From Patescibacteria group bacterium (GTDB lineage Bacteria; Patescibacteriota; Microgenomatia; UBA1400; PJMF01): 64,000 nt of DNA. Positions 12,202 to 22,236 of the stretch are shown piece after piece. The notes under the pieces are model-generated. The model was not told the origin of the DNA and searched no databases. It worked only from the letters and a program-made list of their open reading frames with translations. Each line of letters starts with the position of its first letter. The first letter of the stretch is position 1. Where the stretch lies: assembly GCA_016861205.1 (NCBI GenBank), contig BOKX01000001.1, forward strand, positions 136,539 through 200,538, read 5' to 3'. A program made the position numbers and the translations under genes.

Positions 12202-13926
12202 ATGCAACGCACATCAGGTTTGGTATCAACATTGCAATCGCATCTTTGGTGGGTGGTGATTCTTTTCGCTGCGATCATCTTGAGAGTGTATAACTTGCCG
12301 AGCTTGCCGGCCGGTTTTCACAATGATGAAGCCTCTTTTTTCTACAATGCCTTAGCTATCAAAAATACCGGTTTTGATGAGGATGGCCAACGTTGGCCGC
12401 TGTTTCTACATTCCTACATTGATCCAAAACCGGCGTTGTTCTCATACTTACAGATTCCATTCGTAGCTGCATTTGGACCAACTGTCTGGGCTGCTCGTTT
12501 GCCGAGTGTGGCGTTGGGAGTGATTTCACTGGTGCTGCTTTACCGAGTGCTGTTGAACTATGAAGTGCCAAGTCGACGGGCTAAGATTGTCATTGGGTTA
12601 CTCACAATTTCTCCCTGGCACATCATGATTTCGCGGGCGACGCAAGAAGTGGTGTTGTCGTTTGCGCTGGGGCTGGCGAGTTTGTTGGCACTGCAACTGG
12701 CATTAAAAGCCAGCGGCCAAAAATCAACGTCCATGATGAAATTAGTTGGTTATCTGGTCACGTATGCCCTCTTGGCTGCCCTGGCTATGTACAGTTACCA
12801 CAGCCTCAAGATAGTGTTGCCAGTGTTAACTTTCTTGACGATTATGTTGCGACAGTTCGCAGTTCCCAAGCAAAGTTGGGGATTTGGACTCGGTATATTG
12901 CTGGTTATAGCCAGTTTGGCGGGATTAGTGACATTAGTGGGCACGGCCGGACTCGATAGATTTAGAGATATCAGTATTTTTGCCAAAGGTGACATGTATC
13001 TGATCATGAACGAGCAGATCATGACCGCCACTGGTCATGCCCCGCCCCTCGTGATCAGATTTTTTCATAATAAAGCCGTCAACACAGTCTTGGGTTTGGC
13101 TCAAAACTATGTCACGCACTTCAATCTAGAGTTCCTGTTTTTGCGGGGAGGTGAACCAACTCGGTATGTAGTACCTTTCCACGGGCTACTGTTTCACATT
13201 GAGTTGGTGCTGGTTGTCATCGGTTTACTTGTTGCCTTTCAAAAACCAAGTTTGATTAGCCCAAGTGGTAGACTGGCTTGGTTATTTTTGGGCTGGTGGT
13301 TAGTCTCGCCTGTTCCAGCCATGCTTACCACCCAAGAAGTCCCCAGCACCATTCGCAGCTTTTGGATGGTAGTTCCGTTGGTCTTTTTTGTGGCCACGGC
13401 CATCGAATGGGGCGTCACACACTCGGCTCGCTGGGTTCGGTTGGCAGCCTTCACCACCTTAGTACTCGGGTACGGTTGGGGGGTCAGTTACTTTTGGCAT
13501 CAGTTAACAGTTTTTCAACCACTTTACCACCCGTGGAATCGTAACTTGGCTGATACCGCTATGGCCGAGGTCTTGAAAACGAGGTACACCGAGTATGAAA
13601 CAGTGATGATTGGCAGATTTACTGGCCAACCTTATGTTTACTTGGCTTTGGCAGGTCTAATTCCCGAACAGACGCTTCAAAGCAGTTATCCGGCACGTAT
13701 GCAACCGGACTTTCAACTTGGTCGCTATTATTTCTCAGCTGATAGTTGTCCATTAGAGAAGAAACCAGGAGTGTTGTTTGTAATTCGAGAGAACTGTCCA
13801 CATCCATCGTACTATCGGGTGCTTGAGGAAGCGAACTACGCTGACGGCAATGATGGGTACTCGTTTGTGGTCTACGAACCAAGTTTAGATCTGGAATTCG
13901 CAACGCCTAGTGCCGTTACTCGCTAA
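12202..13926 (+). CDS. Integral membrane glycosyltransferase of the ArnT/PMT family (GT39/GT83-like).
   Basis: FHNDEASFFYNAL...YIDPKPALFSYL matches the DE...KPPL motif. About 12 TM segments. 574 aa. Confidence 0.8.
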   Translation: MQRTSGLVSTLQSHLWWVVILFAAIILRVYNLPSLPAGFHNDEASFFYNALAIKNTGFDEDGQRWPLFLHSYIDPKPALFSYLQIPFVAAFGPTVWAARLPSVALGVISLVLLYRVLLNYEVPSRRAKIVIGLLTISPWHIMISRATQEVVLSFALGLASLLALQLALKASGQKSTSMMKLVGYLVTYALLAALAMYSYHSLKIVLPVLTFLTIMLRQFAVPKQSWGFGLGILLVIASLAGLVTLVGTAGLDRFRDISIFAKGDMYLIMNEQIMTATGHAPPLVIRFFHNKAVNTVLGLAQNYVTHFNLEFLFLRGGEPTRYVVPFHGLLFHIELVLVVIGLLVAFQKPSLISPSGRLAWLFLGWWLVSPVPAMLTTQEVPSTIRSFWMVVPLVFFVATAIEWGVTHSARWVRLAAFTTLVLGYGWGVSYFWHQLTVFQPLYHPWNRNLADTAMAEVLKTRYTEYETVMIGRFTGQPYVYLALAGLIPEQTLQSSYPARMQPDFQLGRYYFSADSCPLEKKPGVLFVIRENCPHPSYYRVLEEANYADGNDGYSFVVYEPSLDLEFATPSAVTR

Positions 13927-13992
13927 CTCAGCAAGCACCTTATCTGGTGGGGATTGGTATAAGTTGGAGAGCTTGGTACAATAAGCCCGCAC

Positions 13993-14067
13993 GGCCGTTT
14001 AGTCTCAGTTGGTTAGAGCGTCCGGTTTACATCCGGAAGGTCGCAGGTTCGAGCCCTGCAACGGCCA
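13993..14067 (+). tRNA. tRNA-Val (anticodon TAC).
   Basis: Acceptor GGCCGTT/AACGGCC-A. Anticodon arm TCCGG-TTTACAT-CCGGA. T arm GCAGG-TTCGAGC-CCTGC. The D-stem is slightly irregular. Confidence 0.8.
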
Positions 14068-14068
14068 C

Positions 14069-14395
14069 TCACATTTGTGGTTCATCACTTGATGACTGAA
14101 GAAGGGCAAACTCAATTGTTTCATCATTCCAGCCTTGTTGCTGAGCAATCTCAATCAGGGCGCACATGTCACAAATAGCGCTGAACGCCATCAGCTGATT
14201 GTTGGCGGCAAAGAAAACATCCGCCATCAGTCGAGTGGCGGTTAACATTTCAAGGGGCTCATCGCTGACACCCCTCTCAATTAAATTTGCTTTAGCCAGA
14301 GGAATTGAATTGATTACAACTGCGTCAAACTTTTCTGTTGCCTCATCAGTTTCACCACCATGTAGTAACACTAACCATTCTGCAGAACTGCGCAT
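14069..14395 (-). CDS. Hypothetical protein, 108 aa.
   Basis: ORF sits tightly between tRNA-Val and the nuclease gene. No motif recognised. Confidence 0.4.
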   Translation of the reverse strand: MRSSAEWLVLLHGGETDEATEKFDAVVINSIPLAKANLIERGVSDEPLEMLTATRLMADVFFAANNQLMAFSAICDMCALIEIAQQQGWNDETIEFALLQSSSDEPQM

Positions 14396-14414
14396 AGCAC
14401 TCCAGTTTTAACTA

Positions 14415-15017
14415 TTATTGTGGGCAAACACCAGGTTGCCACAAGCCGGATTGTAACTGCTGTGCGCGGCTTTGGGCAAGTAAATATTCAGCCCGGTAGC
14501 GATGGGGTGTATCGCTGTACAAAGCCTCTTGGGCGAGGCCTTCTTCTAGTAGTTGCTGGCCGACGTCGGTGCCGTCAGGCAAAAAAACAAATCTGAGCCA
14601 CCGACCGTACCGATCTTGGTCAGCCTGAGTAGGGTCGGTTTCCAGGCCAACTTCAGTGCCAGTTAACAGCTGCTTTAATCGATCAGAAGCGGCCTGGCCC
14701 ATGCACTCAACCGGCTTTCGAGGGTCAACGGTTTCAGGCGTGTTGATTCCGACCAGGCGAACTGTCTTGAGCTGGCCGCCGACTCGAACCTTGATCGTGT
14801 CACCGTCCACCACTTTCTCAACGATGTACGTTTTTGATGAGGTAGTCGCGGTAAGCGAGGTAGTTAGCTGGGTTGTGCCAGCAAGAACTTGAGGCAAAGG
14901 CGTAGCTGTTGGTGCAGTGGTGGTTGGTACCGATGATGAAGAAGACGTGGTGTTTTGCCAAATAGTCCACATCACCAAGATCAAAACTGCTAGGCCACTT
15001 AATGACTTTCGTGTCAT
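14415..15017 (-). CDS. Secreted thermonuclease (staphylococcal nuclease, SNase homologue).
   Basis: N-terminal TM/signal, then a T/S-rich linker. VVDGDTIKVR...VRLVGINTPE...DRYGRWL gives the SNase active-site pattern. Confidence 0.8.
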   Translation of the reverse strand: MTRKSLSGLAVLILVMWTIWQNTTSSSSSVPTTTAPTATPLPQVLAGTTQLTTSLTATTSSKTYIVEKVVDGDTIKVRVGGQLKTVRLVGINTPETVDPRKPVECMGQAASDRLKQLLTGTEVGLETDPTQADQDRYGRWLRFVFLPDGTDVGQQLLEEGLAQEALYSDTPHRYRAEYLLAQSRAQQLQSGLWQPGVCPQ

Positions 15018-15064
15018 ATCCTGAGTATAGAGCCTATTTCAAACCTAGGCTATAATTCCCGCTA

Positions 15065-15937
15065 ATGCAGTCAAACGTCTTGGTCAGTATTATCGGTGGT
15101 TTAGGTGGCATGTTTGGCTGGGGCGTATCAGATTTTTTGGCTAATTTAGCTGCTGATAAAGTTGGTCACAACAAGACGTTATTTTGGTCACAAGTGGCTG
15201 GGCTTGTGACATTAGGTCTGGGATTGTGGTTGGTGGCACCCACCCTGGCCCTGTCCCCTTTTTTGATTTCGCTCGTAGTTTTTTGCGGCTTAGCGTACAC
15301 GTTCGGCTACTTGTTTTTTTATCGAGGTTTTGAAGTTGGAAATGTGTCAGTAGTGTCGGCTGTGATCAACAGTCAGAACCTGTTTGTTGTTGCGATCGGT
15401 TTGCTCCGCGGTCAGACACTGTCGCCCTTCCAAGTGGTAGCATTAGTCTTACTGTTCTTGGGTGTTTTCTTGGTGTCTGTCAATCTACCCGAACTGATGT
15501 CGGGTAAAATTTCTTTAACTAAAGGAGTTAAAGAAACCATAATTGCCTCGGTTCTGTTTGGCGTCTTTTATTGGCCATTGAACGAGTTCATTGTTGAGCA
15601 AGCTAACTGGTTGCTGATCGCTGCTTTGACCAAGGTGGTGGCTCTAGCCACACTGAGCTTTGTGTCACTGTGGCAACGAAAATCATTGGCAGTAGCCAAG
15701 TCTACCCCGAAAATGATGGCGTTACTGATTGGCGTGGGAGTACTGGAAGCCGTTGGTGTCATGGGGGCAAACTTTGGTGTGGCGTATGGTGATGGTGTCA
15801 TCGTCGCCCCAATTGCGTCATCTTTGACGATTGTAACTGTTGGCTTAGCGATGATTTTTCTGAAAGAACGGATTTCTCGAGTGCAAGTGGTGGGGATTGG
15901 ATTGACCATTGTGGGCATTGTGCTGGCAGCGTTTTAG
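15065..15937 (+). CDS. DMT/EamA-family transporter.
   Basis: 290 aa, about 10 TM helices, with the two-repeat EamA-like architecture. Confidence 0.65.
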   Translation: MQSNVLVSIIGGLGGMFGWGVSDFLANLAADKVGHNKTLFWSQVAGLVTLGLGLWLVAPTLALSPFLISLVVFCGLAYTFGYLFFYRGFEVGNVSVVSAVINSQNLFVVAIGLLRGQTLSPFQVVALVLLFLGVFLVSVNLPELMSGKISLTKGVKETIIASVLFGVFYWPLNEFIVEQANWLLIAALTKVVALATLSFVSLWQRKSLAVAKSTPKMMALLIGVGVLEAVGVMGANFGVAYGDGVIVAPIASSLTIVTVGLAMIFLKERISRVQVVGIGLTIVGIVLAAF

Positions 15938-15978
15938 CACCAGCCACGCTTGTTGCCAGAAAAGATAGCTGTGGTTAA

Positions 15979-16839
15979 GTGATCAGGTATAATACCAGAG
16001 TGAGTAACTCACGATTTGTAGAACAATACGCTCTTTTGCATCGTGAACATCACGAGACTTTTTTTTGCACCTTTGCCCAGCAACAACCTCACAGCGCCGA
16101 GATACACATTACAGAAGCCCAAGAAGTAGATACTACCCGGTTTCCAGAGCTGACTTTACCTCTTGAGTTGGAGACCGAGTTGATGTCACTAGTTGGGAGT
16201 GGAAGTGCTCGGCGTGAGAACGTGGTCAAAGAACAGATCGCAGCCATGTTGCTTAGTTTCTTGCAGTCGCAACCCTTAGAAAATGCACAGCTGAGAAATG
16301 CGCTTCAAAATATCTCGCAAGTTGCCACTCGTTGTACCACCACCATATCTGATAGTCACTATGCAGGGATTAATTTTGAGGAAATGAGTGAACATGAACC
16401 ATCAGTGATTCACTTTAAAACCCATCCCGCCATTGTCCGGAACTTATCTCGTTTTGGGACAGAAGGTGGAGCTCAACAGGCATATCTTTTTCTGTCAACA
16501 CATGTACCACACATTCCGATTCACTACTGTCTCGGTAATATTCCATTTCTGCCAAGGCACATCTATATCTCTCTTTACGATCAAGCTAAATTAGATCAAT
16601 ATGTCGGGGCTGGTCAGTTGCGACACTCGAGGCGTAACGGTTACCTGTACTCTATTACTGATTCTGCAGCTATGAAAGATAGTTGGATTGGCACAGTGGT
16701 GTTGGTCAACCCCAGTGTGTCACCACTGAAAGAAGCAGCGCAAATATATGAATGGAATCAGCTTTTTTTAGCAACTCAAGTGCCGGCGTTCCACCAGCAA
16801 GTCTTAGGCGACCTAATTGTCAGTAATCAGGTTGTGTAG
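15979..16839 (+). CDS. Hypothetical protein, 286 aa.
   Basis: Long ORF, no recognised motif. Confidence 0.45.
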   Translation: MIRYNTRVSNSRFVEQYALLHREHHETFFCTFAQQQPHSAEIHITEAQEVDTTRFPELTLPLELETELMSLVGSGSARRENVVKEQIAAMLLSFLQSQPLENAQLRNALQNISQVATRCTTTISDSHYAGINFEEMSEHEPSVIHFKTHPAIVRNLSRFGTEGGAQQAYLFLSTHVPHIPIHYCLGNIPFLPRHIYISLYDQAKLDQYVGAGQLRHSRRNGYLYSITDSAAMKDSWIGTVVLVNPSVSPLKEAAQIYEWNQLFLATQVPAFHQQVLGDLIVSNQVV

Positions 16840-16973
16840 GCTTAGTTCACACATTTACTATCGAGATAGCGAAATTTTCCCGCTCCAAAACCTGTATTTT
16901 CTGGGTATAATAGGGATCTGTATTTTTAGTGTCGCCCGCAATTTTCTTGAGGAGAAGGGTGTGTGACCTACAA

Positions 16974-17046
16974 GCCAAGCTAGCCAAGGTGGTCACGGCG
17001 CGTGTCTGAAAAACACGAGATTGAGGTTCGACTCCTCAGCTTGGCA
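16974..17046 (+). tRNA. tRNA-Phe (anticodon GAA).
   Basis: Acceptor GCCAAGC/GCTTGGC-A. Anticodon arm CGTGT-CTGAAAA-ACACG. T arm TGAGG-TTCGACT-CCTCA. A TGGGTATAAT -10 box lies about 60 bp upstream. Confidence 0.9.
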
Positions 17047-17070
17047 CAGACTTGATATAATAGCCAGGTT

Positions 17071-17144
17071 GCGAGAATAGCTCAGTTGGCTAGAGCGTCT
17101 CCTTGCCAAGGAGAAGGTCGCGGGTTCGAGTCCCGTTTCTCGCT
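17071..17144 (+). tRNA. tRNA-Gly (anticodon GCC).
   Basis: Acceptor GCGAGAA/TTCTCGC-T. Anticodon arm TCTCC-TTGCCAA-GGAGA. GATATAAT lies upstream. Confidence 0.9.
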
Positions 17145-17147
17145 CAG

Positions 17148-17450
17148 ATGCAGAAGCCGAAAGGTACCCTCAAGATCTGCAGCCGAGGTCATCGCTTTTA
17201 CAAAAGCAGTGACTGCCCAGTTTGTCCCCAGTGTTGGTCAGGTTACTATCGCACCAAAAACCAAAGTGATTTCCCGCCCAAGTTAGCCGCGCCGGCTTTG
17301 CGAGCCTTAGCCAACGCGAAACTAGCTAACTTGCGTGCCTTGACTAAGTTGACCGAGGCTGAGCTAGCTGCCTTGCATGGCATAGGCCCGCGTGCTATGG
17401 TTTTACTGAAACAAGCCCTCAAAGCCAAAAAACTACAGCTCAAGAAATAA
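17148..17450 (+). CDS. Small zinc-ribbon plus helix-hairpin-helix protein (about 100 aa).
   Basis: MQKPKGTLKICSRGHRFYKSSDCPVCPQCW is a CxxH...CxxC ribbon. LTEAELAALHGIGPRAMVLLKQAL is an HhH. The ORF track starts it inside tRNA-Gly, so I trimmed it to the first ATG downstream of the tRNA. Confidence 0.45.
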   Translation: MQKPKGTLKICSRGHRFYKSSDCPVCPQCWSGYYRTKNQSDFPPKLAAPALRALANAKLANLRALTKLTEAELAALHGIGPRAMVLLKQALKAKKLQLKK

Positions 17451-17463
17451 TGAGGATCAACGT

Positions 17464-17910
17464 ATGATTCAAACCATTGGTGAAAACGCGATTGATAATG
17501 AATCGAAGGTTGTCGATAGGAAAGCCAATGCCACCAAGAAAATGGCGATGTGGGTGGCCAGTTTTGTTAAAAATGGCACGAAACCAGTCTTTCCACCCTT
17601 TGGTGGCGCACTGGAGGTAAATCCGCTGCTTCAGCAGTACGCAAAAAAACTGTATGGGGCCGACGTGGACAATGCCTTTTTGTCCCCGTTAGCAAGTACT
17701 GTTGAGGCGATGGCCCGCTATACAGCAGCTGCTCAGCGAGGCGCATCAGAGACTGAGCTGGCTCAACTTGGCCAAGTGTTTGAAGAAAACTGGAATAATT
17801 TCTTGCATGATCGACAGAACTTTAAAGATAAGTATGGGTTTGATGAAGATGAGTTCTTGCCCGCCTTAGCTGAGTCAGTCGAGATGATTTTCAAAGATGA
17901 TCGAAACTAA
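17464..17910 (+). CDS. Hypothetical protein, 148 aa.
   Basis: ORF only. Confidence 0.4.
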   Translation: MIQTIGENAIDNESKVVDRKANATKKMAMWVASFVKNGTKPVFPPFGGALEVNPLLQQYAKKLYGADVDNAFLSPLASTVEAMARYTAAAQRGASETELAQLGQVFEENWNNFLHDRQNFKDKYGFDEDEFLPALAESVEMIFKDDRN

Positions 17911-18601
17911 ACCAAGGCCGCCAGTGATCAAAAGTGTTATTGTAGTCGGGGCCTCGAGTGGTTTGGGTAAAGCAGTGGCAGAACAGCTCGCAACACAGGG
18001 GACCACAGTTTTTGCTCTGGCCCGCCACATTGAAGACACAACCATGCCACCGGGAGTGGTGAAAATTACCTGCAACATCCGTGATCTTGAAAGCATTGAC
18101 GCCACTTTTTCCAAGATTGATCAACAGACCGGGCAAATCGATGCCCTGATTAACTGTGCTGGTCGGGGTCTAGTTAAGCCTTTTGAGGACGTGACACGGG
18201 ATGAAATTATGGATGTCTTGGGCATTAATCTTAAAGGCAATATATATATGGCACTTGAAGCGTACAAACGGATGTTGCCCTTCAAAGCTGGTCAGATAGT
18301 TAACGTTGGTTCAACCTCGAGTCTCAAGGCCAGAGAGCTAGAGACAATCTACTGTGCGAGTAAATGGGGGCTCCGAGGTTTTACCGAGAGTTTGCGGTTG
18401 GCTGCTCAGCCACACGGCATTCGCGTTATCGGTGTCTACCCAGGTGGTATGAAGTCAGACCACTTTTGGCAAGTTGTCCCGGGCAAGGATTTGAGCGGAT
18501 ATCTGGAGCCAACCTTAGTTGCCAAACAGCTTATCCAAGTGTTGCAGAGTGATCTCAGTTTGGCTCCAGCGGAGCTAGTCCTTGAACGCGGGCAGAACTA
18601 A
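17897..18601 (+). CDS. Short-chain dehydrogenase/reductase (SDR).
   Basis: VIVVGASSGLGKAVAEQL is the Rossmann motif. NVGS...YCASKWGL gives the catalytic S and Y-x3-K. Confidence 0.85.
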   Translation: MIETKPRPPVIKSVIVVGASSGLGKAVAEQLATQGTTVFALARHIEDTTMPPGVVKITCNIRDLESIDATFSKIDQQTGQIDALINCAGRGLVKPFEDVTRDEIMDVLGINLKGNIYMALEAYKRMLPFKAGQIVNVGSTSSLKARELETIYCASKWGLRGFTESLRLAAQPHGIRVIGVYPGGMKSDHFWQVVPGKDLSGYLEPTLVAKQLIQVLQSDLSLAPAELVLERGQN

Positions 18602-19285
18602 ACTTTTCCACAAAATCCGGGCGGCGTAGGTGCGGTACGGAGCCCAACTGGCGCTGATATGCAGCAATTTTTCTGGTGTACTTGATGCGAGTTGGTACCA
18701 TCGCTCGATGGCTTTGCGTAGGCCAAGATCGCCGGTTGAGAAAACATCGGCTCGACCCAAGCCAAACATTAAGAACATCTCAGCCGTCCAGCGACCGATG
18801 CCTTTGACTTGGGTGAGTTGGCGAATGATTTCTTCATTAGCCAGCTCTGGGAAACTTGCGAGTGGTAGCTGGCCAGAATTGACGGCTTCAGCAAAATTTT
18901 TCAGGTACTTAATTTTTGACCAAGAGGGGCCGGTGGCCCGAATGTGGTCATCGGCTAGATCGAGGACTGCTTGAGGTGTAACCTTCTGGTCAGGGAACAA
19001 GGCGACAAACCGGTTCCAGATCGTGCGGGCGGCTTTATCAGAAAGTTGTTGACCAACAATGGCCTCACAAATATCGACAAATAACTCATCGGTTGGTCGA
19101 CCCTTCACCACGATCTCCCCCTGCCCGGCTTGATCAAGCTGTTGCCAAACTTGGTGCAGAACTGGGTCAACTTTAGCAAAATGGGTAAGTATCTTGGGCT
19201 GCATGTTGGTAGAATACCACAGTGTTACCTGCTTGGCTCGAGCTACCACCTCAATTACAGACCAGAATGGCGGCGTTGTATCCAC
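18575..19285 (-). CDS. HhH-GPD DNA glycosylase, AlkA-like (3-methyladenine DNA glycosylase II).
   Basis: VKGIGRWTAEMFLMFGLGRADVFSTGDLGLRKA gives the HhH and the catalytic Asp. Confidence 0.7.
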   Translation of the reverse strand: MDTTPPFWSVIEVVARAKQVTLWYSTNMQPKILTHFAKVDPVLHQVWQQLDQAGQGEIVVKGRPTDELFVDICEAIVGQQLSDKAARTIWNRFVALFPDQKVTPQAVLDLADDHIRATGPSWSKIKYLKNFAEAVNSGQLPLASFPELANEEIIRQLTQVKGIGRWTAEMFLMFGLGRADVFSTGDLGLRKAIERWYQLASSTPEKLLHISASWAPYRTYAARILWKSLVLPAFKD

Positions 19286-20175
19286 CAGATGAGCTTGACC
19301 AAATCCAGCTGGCTTGGCAAACTGGTCGGCCGAGTACTTTTCGGGTGAACACCCTCAAAGCTACGGCTGACGAAGTTAGTCAGCAGCTGAGGGCTGATGG
19401 CTTTGAGTTGGAGTCTGTGCCATGGTTGCCTGAGGCATTTATCCTGCGATCTCGCACGCTCGGTGAACTGACAGAGCATCCTCTTTATATGTCAGGTCAG
19501 ATTTATGTTCAAGGTTTATCAAGTATGGTGCCGGCACTGGTGCTTGATCCTCAACCGGAAGAACAAGTTTTGGATGTGGCTGCCGCTCCCGGGAGCAAGA
19601 CCACCCAAATGGCTGCCCAGATGCGCAATCAAGGGACAATTATTGCTAACGACACCAGTCGGGTGCGCCTGTATAAGTTGGCCGCCAACTTAAAGATGCA
19701 AGGCGTCGAGATCGTGACCACCATGCACTCACCTGGCGAATTGCTATGGCAAAAATTAGTTCCCGTGTTTGATAAAGCACTCGTGGATGTGCCATGCAGC
19801 ATGGAAGGTCGCATTCGTCTCGATCGCTTCAAAACCTACCAAAACTGGTCGCTTAAGAAAATCAAAGAGTTGGCTCACCGGCAGCGAGCTCTTCTCCACT
19901 CAGCCATTTCCTTGACCAAACCAGGCGGCGTCGTTGTGTACTCAACCTGTACCCTGGCCCCAGAGGAAAATGAGGGCGTGATTGACTGGGCCGTAACGAA
20001 GCTGGCTGGCCAAGTTGCTCTCGAACCAATAGCGATTCCCGACGTAACTTTGCAACCGGCTGTGACTGAGTGGGAAGGTCGGACCTACCGACCAGAGGTC
20101 AACCTGTGTGGCCGCGTCCGACCAACCGAGACTATGGAAGGTTTTTTCGTGGCTAAATTGCGTAAACTTGTGTAG
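19267..20175 (+). CDS. rRNA (cytosine-C5) methyltransferase, RsmB/RsmF (NOL1/NOP2/Sun) family.
   Basis: LDVAAAPGSKTTQMA for SAM binding. DVPCSMEGR with the motif IV Cys. VVYSTCTL with the motif VI Cys. The ORF track offers 19222 as a longer start, which would overlap the upstream gene by 64 nt. Confidence 0.8.
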   Translation: MAALYPPDELDQIQLAWQTGRPSTFRVNTLKATADEVSQQLRADGFELESVPWLPEAFILRSRTLGELTEHPLYMSGQIYVQGLSSMVPALVLDPQPEEQVLDVAAAPGSKTTQMAAQMRNQGTIIANDTSRVRLYKLAANLKMQGVEIVTTMHSPGELLWQKLVPVFDKALVDVPCSMEGRIRLDRFKTYQNWSLKKIKELAHRQRALLHSAISLTKPGGVVVYSTCTLAPEENEGVIDWAVTKLAGQVALEPIAIPDVTLQPAVTEWEGRTYRPEVNLCGRVRPTETMEGFFVAKLRKLV

Positions 20176-20205
20176 CAACGCTGCTGTCCAGTATACTGAT
20201 AGGTA

Positions 20206-21471
20206 ATGCCTCGTCGCACCTTCTATCGGCCATCAGCGCCGATCCTAGTTATTATCATCGGTACAGTGTTTTTAGTTCTAGCTACCTATGGGTGGTGGTG
20301 GTTGCGATCGTATCTGGTGCTCGATGGGTCTCAGATTGAGCCAGGTAAATTGGTCATAGTCAACCAGCTGGTCCCGACGAGTACTCCCTCTGCGTCACCA
20401 AACTCTAGGCGTCGCCAACCCAGCCCTTCACCACTTGATATGTCAACCGATTTTCGGCTCGAAGTAGTGGCAGAGAACCTCGAGGTTCCTTGGCGGGTGG
20501 TATTTACTTCTCCAACTCGCATGTTAGTGACTGAGCGAGCAGGTCGAGTCAGAGTTGTTGAGAATGGTCAACTCAAACCCGACCCAGTGGCAACCTTTCA
20601 AGTTTCAAACAACTCAGAAGAAGGTCTGATGGGTTTGGTTTTAGACCCGGCGTACGCCAATAATCAATTGCTCTATGTTTGTTATGCCTATGAAGTTGGC
20701 AAGGAACTCCGAGATCGCGTGGTCAGACTACAAGATAAAGGTGATCGTTTGGAAGTCATTGGCACAATTCTTGATGACATCCCAGCTGCTAAGTACCACG
20801 CGGGGTGTGACCTGAGCTTCGGTCCTGATGGCAAGCTGTACATCAGTACTGGCGATGCGACCCGTAAAGACCAAGCCCAAGAAAAGGCCAGCTTAGGAGG
20901 CAAGATTTTACGAGTCAACAGCAACGGCACGGTTCCCACTGACAATCCGGTGGCGGGTTCGCCGATTTATAGCCTAGGTCATCGCAACCCCCAAGGTTTG
21001 AGTTGGCACCCGATCACCAAACAGTTGTGGTCAACTGAGCACGGCCCGTCAGGTAATGATGGTCCTGGTGGTGGTGATGAGGTGAACGCGATTGTTGCTG
21101 GGGGTAATTACGGTTGGCCGCTTGTGTCACATCAGCGGTCGCAGCCAGGTTTGATCTCTCCACTGTTAGTTTTCACCCCTGCAGTGGCACCTGCGTCAGC
21201 ACACTTTTATAGTGGCCAGGTTTTTCCAGCTTGGAAAAACAACCTATTCTTCGGTGCTTTGCGTGGCGAAGGTTTATTCAGAGTGGTGGTGAGCGAGTCA
21301 CAACCAGCAACCGTTTTAAGTTTTGAGAAACTGCCTAATATTGATGTCGGTCGAGTTCGAGCCGTGACCGAAGGACCGGATGGAGTCTTGTACTTTACCA
21401 CCAGCAACCGAGATGGTCGTGGGAAGGTAAAAGATGGAGATGACAAGATTTATCGGCTAGTCAGAAAGTAA
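20206..21471 (+). CDS. PQQ-dependent soluble aldose/sorbosone dehydrogenase (YliI/GSDH family), membrane anchored.
   Basis: N-terminal TM. EEGLMGLVLDP, LSFGPDGKLYISTGD, GHRNPQGLSWHP and NYGWP are the beta-propeller signature motifs. Confidence 0.75.
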   Translation: MPRRTFYRPSAPILVIIIGTVFLVLATYGWWWLRSYLVLDGSQIEPGKLVIVNQLVPTSTPSASPNSRRRQPSPSPLDMSTDFRLEVVAENLEVPWRVVFTSPTRMLVTERAGRVRVVENGQLKPDPVATFQVSNNSEEGLMGLVLDPAYANNQLLYVCYAYEVGKELRDRVVRLQDKGDRLEVIGTILDDIPAAKYHAGCDLSFGPDGKLYISTGDATRKDQAQEKASLGGKILRVNSNGTVPTDNPVAGSPIYSLGHRNPQGLSWHPITKQLWSTEHGPSGNDGPGGGDEVNAIVAGGNYGWPLVSHQRSQPGLISPLLVFTPAVAPASAHFYSGQVFPAWKNNLFFGALRGEGLFRVVVSESQPATVLSFEKLPNIDVGRVRAVTEGPDGVLYFTTSNRDGRGKVKDGDDKIYRLVRK

Positions 21472-21474
21472 TTT

Positions 21475-22236
21475 ATGTTGTGGCCAATTGTTGCCTTAGC
21501 CAGTTTATTTCACCTAGCCTTTGGGTTGGCTGTCTGGCGACGTAACAACGGCTTAGCTGATGTGTTTTGGGGGTTGGGATTTATTACCGTTGCTATAACA
21601 GCCACGCTGGTGAGTGGTTCAACTTCTGTTCGAACTTGGCTCGTGTTACTGCTCGTGGTTTGCTGGGGAGTTAGGTTGGCTGTGCACATTGGCCGTCGTA
21701 ACTGGGGCAAAGGTGAAGATTATCGCTATCGGGAGTGGCGTGAACAGTGGGGGCGGTGGTGGCTACTCAGAACGTATCTGCAAGTGTTTGTACTGCAAGG
21801 CTGCTTGCTGGTGGCAATCGCCTTGCCGCTGTGGTGGTTACCTTTTCAGACTAGTGGCCAACTTGGCATTTGGGATGTGGTGGGTGCCATGATTTGGTTA
21901 GTGGGCTTCGGATTTGAAGCCGTAGGCGATTGGCAGCTGACCCAGTTCAAGAAGAACCCGGCCAACAAAGGCCAATTAATGACCGCTGGTTTGTGGAGAT
22001 ACACGCGTCATCCCAACTACTTTGGTGAGGCAACGATGTGGTGGGGTATCGCAGTGATTGCGTGGTCAGGTGGATTGGGTGTCTGGAGTTTAGTTAGTCC
22101 AGTCACGATCACTTGGCTGCTGACACAGGTGTCCGGCATTCCATTACTGGAAAAAAAGTATCTCGGTCGACCTGACTTTGAACGCTACCGGCAACAAACA
22201 AGTGCGTTTATCCCCTGGTTTCCTAAACAGCTCTAG
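21475..22236 (+). CDS. DUF1295 / steroid-reductase-like membrane protein.
   Basis: Multi-TM, with the RHPNYFGE signature. Confidence 0.5.
   Translation: MLWPIVALASLFHLAFGLAVWRRNNGLADVFWGLGFITVAITATLVSGSTSVRTWLVLLLVVCWGVRLAVHIGRRNWGKGEDYRYREWREQWGRWWLLRTYLQVFVLQGCLLVAIALPLWWLPFQTSGQLGIWDVVGAMIWLVGFGFEAVGDWQLTQFKKNPANKGQLMTAGLWRYTRHPNYFGEATMWWGIAVIAWSGGLGVWSLVSPVTITWLLTQVSGIPLLEKKYLGRPDFERYRQQTSAFIPWFPKQL

Noticed and set aside
17086-17286. The ORFs 17086..17286 and 17103..17450 start inside tRNA-Gly. Likewise 11755..12132 and 11772..12014 run across the two tRNA-Leu genes, and 49068..49310 and 38592..38849 run across tRNA-Gly(TCC) and tRNA-Leu(TAA).
   Set aside because: They overlap well-formed tRNA cloverleafs. 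I kept only the downstream part of 17103..17450, from the first ATG after the tRNA.
19222-19266. The longer start for the RsmB-like methyltransferase given by the ORF track.
   Set aside because: It would overlap the convergent AlkA-like gene start region by 64 nt. The internal ATG at 19267 is the more parsimonious start.
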